A stretch of 63,670 bases of DNA, the filler included, from Jimgerdemannia flammicorona (taxonomy: Eukaryota), in the NCBI GenBank assembly GCA_003990765.1. It is 3 parts of 3 records of this genome, joined end to end, with 100 filler letters (N's around TTAATTAATTAA, not from the genome) between each part and the next. Parts side by side here need not be neighbours in the genome. Positions count along the whole stretch, not along the records: positions 1 to 21,160 come from RBNJ01001512.1; positions 21,261 to 42,418 come from RBNJ01001513.1; 1 more part is not named here. One strand, 5' to 3'. Numbering within the stretch: position 1 is the first letter of the stretch; every line of letters starts with the position of its first letter. The notes below the pieces were generated by a model. The model was not told where the DNA came from. It worked only from the letters and a program-made list of their open reading frames with translations, and did not search any database. The position numbers were made by a program, and so were the translations under genes. This document shows positions 12,082-25,005 of this stretch, in pieces.

Positions 12082-12532
12082 CAAAAGTACTGTGATGATA
12101 CTCAAGATCACTAGTGCTACCCAAAGAGCCATTGAAAGACAATGGCACACCACTGAGCCTCCAACCATAGAGGCATACTATGAGGATATTCAGAGTATTG
12201 TACAGACTCATCTCTCTCAGATCTCGCACTTTAGAGCCTATCAATATTGGGCAGAATTCTGAGAGTACTTCAAGCTTGGACAGGTGCTCAATCAGGATCC
12301 AGCAAAGACCAAAGAAGACTGGATTGCTGAGTGTCAACTCTCCCACTCACAGATCACTATTGCCAAAAGAATCCACAAGTTATTCCAAGAAGATGAACCA
12401 GCAATAGACTATCTGAGAGGAGTAACCCCCACTGACTTTGAGAAAGTAAGAAGACATCATTAGGAAACAGTCATGCAGCAAATTGCACAGTATAAGACCA
12501 TATAGACAGTTGAAGCCTGGGAGTTTGAATAG
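12071..12532 (+). pseudogene. Family A accessory ORF between integrase and the 3' LTR (~153 aa)
   Basis: ATG overlaps the integrase end (stop 12079-12081). Reading through stops gives ...WAEF*EYFKLGQVL...ITIAKRIHKLFQEDEPAIDYLRGVTPTDFEKV, similar to the LTR ORFs of B and C. Confidence 0.75.
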
Positions 12533-13044
12533 ATGCCTCAGGGATGAGACCATCTATTCAGGAGGAAGTTGTGATAGATGGCCAAATTTGGAAGAAGGAA
12601 ATAGGGAATAGATACTTGATCGCACTCAGTCCCAAAGTAGTATAGCCTTATAGTTAGCAGTTCTCGATTTTGACATTGTCTAAATTCTTAGACATTGTCT
12701 AAATTTTTAGACATTATCCAAATTGAACATCCCGATTTAGTATAGCATTTAGACATTGTCCAAATATTTTGACAAAGTCCAAATGACTCATTTATTACTT
12801 AGCCACCCTCTCATAGTTAGCAAACTTATATAAATAACCCAGTATCTTCGAGTGAATAAACCTCAGATCAAAATAGTTCAAAGCAAAGAGATAGCAAAGG
12901 AACTAGTAAGCCTGTGGGCAGATACACTTCGAACTCACTCACTCTCCCCTGTAACTCAAAGGACTCTAAGGAGTCAGAGAAGATCAAGTTTTCAAGATAC
13001 AGAAATCCAACATACTTTCAAGAGTAAGCATCTGCTACATTACA

Positions 13045-13954
13045 ATACTTAAGAAAAGAGAAATGTAAGGATATATCTTTATAACAATATTATAGAATCT
13101 GCTAACACCTTCCTAGATATACTATATACTCCAGAAATCAGTAAAAAACTATTTTTAATAAGAAATATAATATCTTATAGCAATAAAGAAATATATATAC
13201 ATATAAAGAATATAACAATATATGATTTATATAATAATAAGATAATGATGGCTTTGAAATATAGTAATCTTTATATGATCAATAGAATGCTAAATAATTT
13301 AAAAGTCTCTATATATATAAGGATTATATGTATCTAATATATTCAATATATAGTATTAATACTTAAGATATATCTATAAGATAAGCCTTGAACATATAAT
13401 AAAGAGTAAATATATTAGTAGATTGCTGCTGAATATATATCTCAGAGATAATTTCTTCTGTAAGAATTATATAGTGAATAAAGTATTTCAGTAACTATTT
13501 GAGGAATAGTTAAAGTATATATCCAGGATCCTCAATATTATATATATATAGAAATTTGTAGGCTGATACATATGCTATCATACTCTAAAAAGAAGTATTT
13601 CATCATATTTATTAATAATTATATATATAAGGCATATATATACTTCCTATTAGTGAAGAGTGAAGTACTGAAGAAATTCAAAAAATTCAAAGTGATCACT
13701 AAGATTGAAATAGAACATAAAATATATACTATATAATTAAATAATAAATATAAATATATCAATGATATATTTAGATAATTCCTGAAAAAAATAGTATATA
13801 TATAATATCAAATGATGGCTTCTTATATATCTCAGCAAAATAGTATAGCTGAGCAATTTAACTATACAGTTATAGAAATAACTTATAGGCTAATTAATGT
13901 AATAGGATTAAGATACTCTTATTGGGACAAAGCTATCAATATAGTAATGTATAT
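13045..13954 (+). mobile_element. Relic Copia element, continuation (pre-integrase and integrase)
   Basis: Decayed Copia integrase motif SQQNSIAEQFNYTVIEI...YWDKAINIVMYI at ~13830-13954; flanked by Gypsy insertions. Confidence 0.6.
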
Positions 13955-15955
13955 TATCACATAGTGGGCACTGAGTTTTCTAAGAATGTCAGATTCTCTT
14001 CAAGATGTATCTCTTAGACTAACTATAAGTTTCTTATAAGCAAGTTCTATTAGAGTACCTTTCCAAGATCTTATATTTCTCAAACTTCTTATCTTTAAAC
14101 CATTCTGTTGTCTCTTGGATTTACTTATGTGGAATTGGGTAGAGGACTAGAACTTTTATACTCTTAAGTAATTAGGTACTTAAATGCTTGAGTGTTTTAA
14201 TATTGACTTTATTTTAAAGAAAATGAGAGGGGTATTTATATAAAATATAATTCAATAATTACTAAGATATAAAGCTAAATATAAAATCTAATAATCAAAT
14301 AAGATGTTTGAATACAGAAAACTTCAGATTGTAAGTATAAATTCAAGTACTCATATAATTAGTTATACAAGATCAGAATGCTGAAATAATTTCTAACAGT
14401 TATATGAGATCAGGATGTCAGAATATTCAAGTATTCAAACAAATAGTTATATAAACAAATTAGAGTAGAATGTTCAGAATCCTGGAGGCTCTGTCTTTAT
14501 CACTACTAGAGATCAGAGATAGGATATCTTTAAAGAAAATAAGGTCAGCAAATATTTCTGTTTTGTTCATTTTATATGTATCAATTAGCAGAATGATATT
14601 ATTATTGATGATATCATCATATTTAATAGTAGTAGGAAGGAGATTAGGGGCTTTTTAATCTATAATATTTTCCTTTACAAAGTAGGAGACAAAAGTGAGA
14701 TCTTGAGGAAGTCTGATCTGAATACTGGGGCCTTGGAATACTGAGATTAATTCTTACAGAAATTGATCTGAATTGTTCTTAAGGATAGAATTTTAGAACT
14801 TTTCTATCTCATCACTTTTGAGAGTAATGGTAGATTGGGCTTTTGTGGTCACTATGGCCTCCAGTGTATCTATGCAGTGGGCTAACAATTTTTTGAAGTC
14901 TGAGACTCTGATATACTTCAAGTTGGGGATTGATCAAGATATATATCTGAAGACCTGATAGATATTTTTGACTATTCTCAATTTATATATATCTATAGGG
15001 GTGATATTTTATATCTCTTAGAGACTGATCTAAAAGAATTTCTAGCAGAAGAGGTTTCTTATTTTGTATTCCTGCTATATTCAGAGGTATTTAGTAGCAG
15101 TAGTAATTCTTGTCTCTATTTTATAGTAGTAGAGAATAAAGTAGTAAGAGTCATTAATACCTAAGTTGAGGCTAGGAATTCTTCTGGTGTGGGTCCTCAT
15201 AGCTCTCTTGATGTCTTGGAATATTCTTTTTTAGACTGAGAAGCCTTAGTGATTCCTGGACCTTGAGATTTGATGAGTGGCAGACATTTTATTTATAGTG
15301 AGTCTTTTGAACTATTTTGGAATTTTGTGAGTCTTGTTTGAGTTACTATTATTATGGTTTCTTAGTTCTTCTTTTATATTTCTTGAGATATCTATCTTAT
15401 AGTCATTATGACTCATGGTTTGTCATTATTGCTCATCTTGTAGCCTAGGTAAGTTATACTATATGATCTTCTTATACTCTAATCTGATGGCTTGTAAGGA
15501 AAGACTATCTTCTATAATGATGTTATCATTCTGAGATCACTGTTACATCTTTCTCCTAAATAAGAATCTTCACTTGAATATTCTTATTCATTAGTCTAGT
15601 CTAAAAAAATTTTCTGATCCTATAATCTCTGGCAGAGGATTAAAAAGTAGTATTGATGGGTTGGCATCTTTCTTATATATTTTGGCATAATAGTGAAGAG
15701 TAGCTCTCTTTATATAGAGCAAGAGCCTGATTTTGATCTTGATTAATCAGTTGATGGTTTGAACTCCTCTGACTTTAAAAGTCTTATAAATAAGTAGTTG
15801 CTAGTACTATATCTCTTAGAGAATGGTCCAGATAGATTGCTTACTAGTTATGAGATATGTATGCTATTATGGTTCATAGACTAGAACCTCACAGATGATC
15901 ATCATATTTTACTTCTCTTATACAGATTCATGGTACTTCTTAAGTCTATTTCTAT
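13955..15955 (-). mobile_element. Older family B copy: 3' LTR (13955-15547) with decayed accessory ORF, PPT and integrase end
   Basis: Collinear with 15956-17870 but more decayed; PPT AGGAGAAAGA adjacent to 15547; cut at CTAT (15952-15955) by a younger B copy. Confidence 0.85.
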
Positions 15956-18900
15956 TGTCACGTAGTGGTCACTGAGTCCTTCAAATATGCCAGATTCTCT
16001 TCAAGGTGTATCTCTTAGACTAACTCAAGTTGTTATAAGCAAGTTCTTATTAGAGTGCCTTCCCAAGGTCTTATAGTCCTCAAACTTTTTATCTTTAACT
16101 ATCTTGTTATCTCTTAGATTGCTTGTAAGGAAGTATGTGTAAGTGAAACCAGAACTAACTTTATTTTAGAGGAAATAAGAGGGGTATTTATACAAAATAC
16201 AATTCAACAGTTGCTAAGATATAAAGTTAAATATAAATTCCAATAACTAAAACTACTAAGTTCCAGGGCTGGCATTATTTAGTATCATATCAAAATGTCA
16301 GTACTGGAATAATTTCACGTCACCTCAGAATACCAGTGCTGGCATTATCCAGTGTTACATGAGAATATCGGTACTGGCATTATCTAGTATAACAAAGAAC
16401 TTAAAGCAGAAAATTCAGGATTATGGGGGCTTCATCATCATTATCACTGAAGGAGATGAGATCTGCAAATTCATCATATAGGTCATGCATTTCGCATACT
16501 TCGTGTGCTTTGGGTATGTCACATGGGATGATGTCATCGATGATATCATCACATTCAGCTGTGGCAGGGAAATTGGGGACAAGGTCTGGAGCTCTCCAGT
16601 CTATGAGGTTCTCTTCCACAAAATAAGGAACAAATGTAGGGTCTTGGGAAGATCTAACCCAGATGCTTGGGCCTTGGAATACTGAGATCAATCCTTACAG
16701 GAATTGATCTGGGTTATCCTGAAGGATAGGGTGCCAGAAGTCTTCTACTTCTTTACTGTTGAGGGTGATAGTGGACTGGGCTTCTATAGCCACCCTGGCT
16801 TCTAGCGCATTGATTCGGTGGGATGACAGATCTCTGAAGTCTGAGACTCTAATATACTCCAAGTTGGGGATTGACCATGGTGCATGCCTGAAGATCTGAT
16901 GGATCTTCTTGGCTGTCCTTGTTTCGCATATATCCATGGGAGTGGTATCTTGTACCTCTTAGGTGCTGGCCTGTGGGAACTCCCAGCAGAGGAGATTTCC
17001 TATTTTGTACTTCTGCCACATTTAGAGGCATTCAGTAGCAATAGTGATCCTTGTTTCCATTTCATGGCAGTAGAGAATAAAGTGATAAGGGTCTGCAGTA
17101 CTCAGGTTGATACTAGGAGTCCTTCTTGAGTGAGTCCTCATGGCTCTTCTGATGTCTTGGAATATCCTTTCCTCAACTGAGATACCTTGGTGATTCCTTG
17201 ACCTTGAGGTTTGGCGGGCAGCAGGCATTTCATTTGTGGTAAGTCTTTGAGCTATTTTGAGATTAGTGGTTCTTGTTGATTGCTGCTACTATAATTCCTT
17301 GATCCTTCTTTTATATTCTTCAGGATGCTTATGCTGTGGTCACAATAACTCACAGTTGGTCATCATTGCTCATCTCATATGCTGTATGATCTTCTTGTGC
17401 TCCGATCTGATGGCTTGCAAGGAAAGGCTGTCTCTGGTGCTGATGTCATCATTCTGGGGTCACTGTTACATCTTTCTCCTGAATAAGGGTCTTTCTGAGC
17501 ATCCTTATTCATTGGTCCAGTCTTGAAAAATTTGCTGATCCTATAACCTCTGGCAAGGGGTCAAAAACTGGTATTTATAGGCTGACATCTTCTCTTTGTA
17601 TTTTGGCATAATGGTGAAGGATTGCTCCCTTCATATAGAGCAAAGACCTGATTCTGATCTTGACCAATCAGTTGACGGTTCGAACTCCTCTAACTTTGAA
17701 AGTCTCACAGATGAGTAGTTGCCAGTGCCATATCCCTTAGAGAATGGTCCAGACAGATAGCCTGCTGGTTATGGGACATGCTGTTATGATTCACAGACTA
17801 GAACCTTGTGGGCAGTCATCATGTTTTGCTTCTCTTATATAGGTTCATGGTACTTCTTGAGTCTGTTCCTATATACCATGGTAGACAGTATGGTCTCTGA
17901 GATTTTTCTAAGCCAGAAGGTAGTTCCCTTGATATCTTGCACATAGAAGGGTCCTTTCCATATGGGCTCCAGTTTTCATGACCATGAGACTTCTACCATA
18001 TTTCGATACAGTAGAACCTTTTCTCTGATTTGGATGGGTTCTAGGGCCTTGTGATTCTTTTCTGCATTCTTCCTTGTCAGTGCTTGTAACTTGGTGATGT
18101 AATCTTCAGCCTTCTTCCTGATTTGGTATAGTCTCTGGATTTCTGCATCAACCCATCTCTAAGTTAGGTCTAGATTTGTGGCTGAGGTTCCATCAGAATC
18201 TTCTTCTCCGAAGAGCAGCTCTCTTGGGGTAAAATGTGTGCTCTGTAATCATATGTCTTGTAGAATAGAGAAGACAGTTGGGAGATAGTTATCCCAATTC
18301 TCATATGTTTCTGAGATCTTTGCTAGGATGTTCTTGAGGGTCTTGTTGGTTCTCTCTGTCTGTCCATTTCCTTGAGGGTGGTATGTGGTGGTCTTGATGT
18401 GCTGGATCTTGTATTTCTGATACATTATCTCATGGAATCTATTGACAAATTCTGTACTGCAGTCTGTTGTGATTTGCTTTGATATTTTATAGCAGCAGAT
18501 GATTTCTCGGTATAGGAAGTTGGCTATAGAGAGGGCATTGGCTTCTTGTAATACTCCTGCCTCTATCCATTTGGTGAAGAGGTCTACAATAACTATAATA
18601 TAGCAGTTTCCTGATAGTGTTACTGGTAGTAGTCCAATGATATCCATTGTGATGTGGTGGAAGAGGATAGGCTCAATTCTTGATGATCTAGGTGCCTGGT
18701 CTTACTGATCTTGTTTCTGTTTTTGGCACTTGTCACATCCTTTGACAAATTGGCGCAGGTCTTCTTCCATCTTGGGCCACTACATGGTTCTTCTTGCCTT
18801 GTCATATGTGTTGGTTCCTCCTAAGTGTCCTTTCTCATATACTTCCTTCATTACTTAATACTTCTTGTATTCAGGTATTACTAGCTTTCCTCTTTTTCTG

Positions 18901-20740
18901 AGTATAGTGTTGTCTAATTCAAACTATTTCCAAGTCCAGTTGATGATGGTGATTATCCAGGGTTCGAGGTGGTTGGGCATCTTCTACTGCCCAAGGTAGC
19001 TGATTAATCCATAGTATAGCTTCTTGTTCATATTGAGTAGTCTTGATGGGGGTGTTTCGGAGTATTCTTGAGAGTGCATCGGCATTGGTGTTGGTCTTTC
19101 CTGAGCAGTGCTTGACAGTACAGTCATACTCTTACAGCCTGTAGATCCATCTGGCATATATTCCTTTGGGGTTCAGAGTGTGGAATAGCCAGGTAAGAGC
19201 AGAATGGTCTGTTTGAATGGTGAAGTGTTTTCCAGCTAGGTAGTAGTGGAACTTGTCTACTGCTCAAACTACTGCTAAGCATTCAAGCTTGCATGACTCA
19301 TAGTTCTGTTCCACTTCACAGGTACCTCGGCTTGCATAGGAGATAACATATTCATGTCTGTCTTTCTTCTGAGCTAGGACTGCTCCAAGTCCTATAGCAC
19401 TCACATCTGTCTGCAGGATGAATTCTAGGTTCCAGTCTAGTCTTCTGAGGATGGGTGCTTGGGTCAACCTGGTCTTGAGTTCATTGAAAATTTCTTAGTA
19501 CTCCTTGGTCCATTCGAATTTGGTCTCCTTCTTCAGTAGCTCGTAGATAGGTGCTGTAATGTTGGAGTATCCTTTGATGAATCTTCTGTAGTAGCTAGAC
19601 AGTCCAAGGAAGGCGTGGACTTCTGTAGTTGTTCTGGGTCTCAGGTAGGCTGCAACAGCCTCAATCTTCATGGGGTCTGTGTGGATTCCAGTCTGGTTGA
19701 TGAGGTGTCCTAGGTAGGTGATTTCTTGAGCTGCAAACTTGTATTTCTTGAGCTTGATGTAGAGGCCATGCTCCTTGAGCCTCTTGGGGGCTAGCTGTAT
19801 ATGATTGATATGTTCCCGTGCAGTATTGCTGAAGATGATCACATCATCAACATAGACAAAGAGCCATTTTCCAATCTTGTTGCTGAAGACTCTGTTCATT
19901 ATTCACTGGAAACTTGCTGGAGTATTGCACATTCCAAATGGTATTCGCAGATAGATATAGGTGGCATCAGGTGTGATGAAGGCTGATTTCTCACTGACAT
20001 CTTGAGTGAGACTGATCTGATGGAAGCCTGAGAACAGATCCAAGGTGGTGTAGTATTTGGCTTTGCTTCCAAGGGTGGTAAGGATTTCTTGAATATTCGG
20101 CAAGGGCTGCCTATCCTTCTTAGTGATGGCATTGAGTTTCCTATAGTCAATGCAGAGTCTTGGTGCAAACTCTCCAGGCTTGCTTTCTTTCTTCAGGGCA
20201 AGGACAATGAGTGAGGCCCAGAGGCTGATAGCTTGCTTGATGATTCTGGCTTCTTCCATTTCCTTGAGTTCAGCTCGCAGCCACTCTCTGTAGGCAGGTG
20301 GTATGGGTCTGGCTTTCTGATAGATAGACTTGGTATCACCAGTGTCAACTTTGTAGTAGTACTTGGATTCTTGATTATAGATATCCCTAAAGTCTGTAGC
20401 AAGTACTCCTTTATTCTGGTACAGGATCTTGAGAAGTTATTCCTCCAGGGGAAAGTTTTCTCCAATGGTATATGTGTGCTTGTTCTGGTCCTTGTCTTTC
20501 TTGTACTCAAGTTCAGTAATCTTGGTGGTGGCATAGGCTCCTCTTCTAGTAGATCCAAAGCCTTGTTCTCCTCTCTTGGTCTTGATAAGTTCAGTGGCTT
20601 CTATGATCTTGGGCTTCTTGATTTCATGGATCAGTATCTGGCCAATCCTGTCATGCTTCTTGACTTCGAAGGGGGTGGTGTAGTTGTGATTTCTGACTAT
20701 GAGAAAAATCTCACCAGTGTAATCTGGGTCAATTACTTCT
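15956..20740 (-). mobile_element. Gypsy family B, 3' part: 3' LTR 15956-17470, IN, RH, RT and partial dUTPase
   Basis: LTR TGTAAC...GTGACA on the minus strand; PPT; ORF fragments with YVDD, ILQTD, ERTNKTLK, VIDPDYTGEI and RGEQGFGST. Confidence 0.92.
16401..17228 (-). pseudogene. LTR-encoded accessory ORF, family B (~275 aa)
   Basis: ORF pieces 17022-17228, 16695-16937 and 16401-16691 share one frame and match the uninterrupted copy at 42529-43269. Confidence 0.85.
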
Positions 20741-21160
20741 TGTAAGCGCACAACCTCCAAGCCACCGAAATTACACATCACCCTCTGAACAAGCCACTGA
20801 AATCACACGTGACCTCTGAATAAATCTGGAAATCACCTGCTTGATCACAAAGCTGAGTCAAACCGAAGTCACAGCACACAAAGCTGAGTCAATATGAAGT
20901 CACGGAACACAAGATTTATACAAATGGAATCTTACCAATCAGGACCAAATGCATATATACCAAGCACCGAGACGCATCGAATCAGAGAACCAAAACAAAA
21001 CAACAACCACAACTTCCAAACATACAAACATGACCACTGAGATCTACAACTGTATCCGTGCTGACATTTGGAATGCCATTGTCAACCGAGCCACACCCCC
21101 TCTGCCCCTCATGAATATCCATAGCCTGGCACCCCTCTACTTCGTGGAAGCCCGATGGAA
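20741..21160 (+). mobile_element. Start of a probable young LTR (family E) inserted in the family B dUTPase, cut by an assembly gap
   Basis: Abrupt TGTAAGCG start; CpG retained; short direct repeat CACAAAGCTGAGTCAA twice; ORF from ATG 21030 runs into the gap. Confidence 0.55.
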
Positions 21161-21260
21161 NNNNNNNNNNNNNNNNNNNNNNNNNNNNNNNNNNNNNNNN
21201 NNNNTTAATTAATTAANNNNNNNNNNNNNNNNNNNNNNNNNNNNNNNNNNNNNNNNNNNN
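21161..21260. other. Assembly gap with artificial linker
   Basis: N44-TTAATTAATTAA-N44. Confidence 0.97.
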
Positions 21261-21339
21261 TTTTTTATAGTCTCTTAGACTCCTTTATTACAAACTATCT
21301 AATACAATAATGCAGAACCACACTCACTACTAATCCTAT

Positions 21340-24300
21340 AACATATATAGAAGTAGAGTCCTTCAGCCAACTCCTTCCTTCTATCTCACCCTACTATCAT
21401 CTAATACCAGAAACCCTTGACTCCACAGTACAATGTCCTGTACCTTCTTTAAAGGCCCCTGGCTGAAGTTGCCTCCCCTGATACCACCACCCCTGAACCA
21501 CCTCCTGTATCAGCCACCTCCACTGCTCCACCATCTCTCCAATCTCCATCCATGGGTCTTGTTCAAAAATCCACTGCCAAGCACTGCCATTAAGACTCAG
21601 ACCCCCAAAATTCAACCTAAGTCCCCCCAAATATCACCAATTTCTCCTACCAGCTGGCACTTGACCACCAGACTGGCCAGATCCTCCGCCCTTCGTCTCT
21701 CTGGGCCCCAGTAATCTTCCAGACTCCTCCAAAACCCTTCCATGCCTGGACATGCCCCCAGAACATGTTCCAGTGTCTGAACAACCTCTCCATCCACCTC
21801 ATTACACCACTCACAGTCTCGACAGCCATCCACCTCCATCCAGCCTGTCCAATAGCTCAGCATCACATTACATCTCAAAAACTGCCACCAAACCACCCAG
21901 TATTTGGGGGGCACCATCTTGCATACCAAGGTTCCCCACTTCCAAATTCGAACCCACTCTCAGTTCTCACCAAAACCAGCTCTCTGCCAACCAGATGGCC
22001 ATCTCTCCAGAGGGCCAGACCTGATCCACTCTATCACCTCAACCAGGGAGTACTCCTTCAGACCATGGTCACCCATGCACAGATCACCCAGTTGCCACCA
22101 TCTCTGCTCAGGGTCCACCCCCACCTCTATCTCTGGACCTGCCAACTCCATGACCAGCTAGGCCTCTACAATACCCCACCAGAACCCCTTGAAACACAGC
22201 CTACCCACACTCCCAACCTGAAGCAAGCCCCGCATATCCTTCCAGACCTCACCACGAGGGCAGAACTGGACCTCCCAATTGTCCATGGCCAGCCTGCCCC
22301 AACCTTCCTCACTAAGTTCTATCAGTCAGTGCCCCCACCAACCCCGAAGTACCTTCAGTCAGCGCCTGAAATCCACTAGCCCCAGGCTGCCATCAGAAGT
22401 CCTCATCACTAAAGTCTTCCATCTAATCTGCAGATGCCTCTTATACCATATCCACCCTTCTACAATCTTCTTCAACCACTGCACCACCCACCCTGGAAAA
22501 TCCAGATGATAACCCAGATACCACAGTTTGGGCAGCCAATACACATTCAAGACTACTATCCTGCCAACCAAAGAGAAGCTCCTTTCTGACCAACCTATCA
22601 ATGCACCTTCCAGTCTCTGAATCAATCCACACCACCACTCCCTTGGCAGGACTGTCCCATACACTGAGAACCAGATACCCAGATACTGAACAGTACTCCC
22701 TGCAGCTACCAATTGTCTGAATTATCCATATCCCCCCAGGCCAGCACCAAGTTCCATTGTCTCACACTTGCCCCAGTTCAACTTTGCCCCTGCCAGCCTC
22801 TCATACTGACCCACCCCTTCTTGTAGGACTACTACATCCTCCTGACTGCCCAACCCTACCACCATGTCATCTGCAAAGGCACCCAACTTCCAGACTACAT
22901 CTCCCATCCACAGTCCAGAGAGTCACCCCTTGCCATACCAACAAAGGCTCTAGAGAGAGTACATAAAGAAGGGGGGAGAGAGGATCCCCCTGTGGTACCC
23001 CTCACCCCAAGGCAAACTCCGGTCCACACCATCCATTCATCATCACCACAGCTCAGCATCCCCATATCAAGCCCATCAGTTGCCCTGCCTCTACTACACT
23101 GAACTCTGCCCTCCTCAGAACAGCCTCCAGGTAACTCCACTGCACTCTGTCATAGGCCTTCTCTTGATCCAGAAAGACCATCTGTCCATCTATCTGCTGG
23201 CTCCTACAGCCCTCCAAGACATTCTGCACCCAAGCAGTACTATCTCTGATCTGCCTCCCCTTGACAAAGCCATGCTGCTCTTCTCCAACTAGCGTACCAA
23301 CATATTGCTGCATCCTCTCTACCAGAATCTTCAACACCAACTTTCTATCCACATTCAGCAGCATGATAGGTCACCAATTGTGCCACACTCATCGATCTCC
23401 CTTTTTCTTATATAGAAGAGAGACTAGTCCCAAGGAACTATTGCCAATCCAGCTACCCTCCTTCAGAACAGCATTGGCCATCTCCACCAACCAGTTACCA
23501 AACTCGGCCTTGAACTCCTTCTAGAATTCCCAGGGCAACCCATCCTCCCCAGGAGATGAACCAGTCTGCATCTTCCTCAGTACTTTCAATACTTCATCAA
23601 GAGACACCTCCCTCATGACTGCCTCCCCTATCTCAGGTATTGCTGTCACTGGCCAATTAGTCACCATATTATCAATATCCTCCCCAAACCCAGCCTCCTC
23701 TGCATACTCCCCACCATCTTGCCAAAGAGCTTGCCATTGACCAGATACCTCCCCTAGCATGTCAGCAATTCCAGAGACCTTCACTCCATCTTCACGCAAA
23801 ACTGAGGCCCAACTATGTCACACTTGCCTGGCCTTCAAAACACCAGACAGATATCTTGTCGGCCTCTCTTCTTCTTCCAACTGTCTAGCTTGCAGCCTGG
23901 CCAGCAGGCCATCCACCACCCTGGTCTCAGACACTCTTAAATCTGCCTGCAGCTCCACCACCTCTAATGCCAACTGGTGGTATACCTCTCCAGACAAGTT
24001 CCCCTTTTCCAAAAGCTTCAATTGCCATCTCAGCCCCTTTTCAACTCTCCTTTTCTTGTCCTTTCATTCCTTCCCAGCTACTTCACCAACATCCTGCCAG
24101 TAAGCCCCAGCCAAATGTTTGAATTTACCCCACCATTCTGCTATCAACTGCCCTTCATTCTGTCACTACAAAACTTCCTATCTCATAACCATCACAAATG
24201 CATCCCTCTCCTTCTTCCTCTTAAGTAAGGCTACATTGAGGCACCAGTGCCCTCCACCACTGCTTGCCACTTGAAATCTACCACAAACCTCCACTCTCCA

Positions 24301-24993
24301 ATGATTAGACCAAGGGCACCAGTGCACCTCTGCAGTGTCCAGTACATTGCCCCAGCACTCCACTACTAGTACCCAATCTATTCATGTCTCAACCAACATT
24401 GTTCCAACTGGATGCCACCAGATAAAAGGTCCCAACTTATCCCCCTGTTGTTGATGAATGCCATCCACCAAACCCATGTCACACTCCACCTGAAGCCACT
24501 GAGAAAGTCCAGAGGATACTGTGACTCCTGCTCCACCATCAGACCTATCCAGTGCACGATTATGCACCATGTTAAAATCTCCCCCCAGAATGTCCAAAGC
24601 AACCACCTCCCTACCATCCCATGCCAGCTATCTCTCAACCCATTGCTTTCACTCTCTGCCAACTGCAGGGAGGTAAACTGAGCCAACTGTCAAACCATTA
24701 CCAGCCCCACCTTTTAGTCATCCCCAAATCAGTCTGTCACCATAGATCTCTACCTCCACCAGCTCGCCTTTGCCAACACCAACCAGGACGCCCACCTGCT
24801 TATTCCAACCTGCTCCACCATACCATTTTTTACTCCACATCTCAAAGTCTGACTTGCCATAAGCCCAAACATCCTGAAGAAACACAACATTATACCTCCT
24901 GACTTTAAGCCATCTGAAAAGCCGCCATCTTTTAACACCATCCCGCAATCTATTGACATTGATTGATAAAATATGTAGGTTGTTTATCATCAT
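21340..24993 (-). pseudogene. LINE ORF2 (APE endonuclease, RT, Cys-rich C-terminus)
   Basis: Motifs as listed for the element; C-terminal CRDCEWC...LEHVLGAC. End coordinate approximate. Confidence 0.85.
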
Positions 24994-25005
24994 TAAGGAA
25001 ATTGT

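Larger units (their letters stand above)
6309..13044 (+). mobile_element. Full-length Gypsy LTR retrotransposon, family A (6.74 kb, decayed)
   Basis: LTRs 6309-6784 and 12570-13044; TSD ATAC at 6305-6308 and 13045-13048; PBS TGGTGCCCATTAGCTGG at 6788; PPT AGGAGGAAG before 12570; order gag-PR-dUTPase-RT-RH-IN. Confidence 0.95.

Noticed and set aside
21205..21216. TTAATTAATTAA palindrome inside N runs (also 42463-42474)
   Set aside because: Identical 100-bp construct at both gaps; an artificial contig linker.
24991..24995. TAATG stop-start overlap between LINE ORF1 and ORF2
   Set aside because: That TAA closes a spurious 65-aa frame; the real ORF1 frame stops at 25008-25006.
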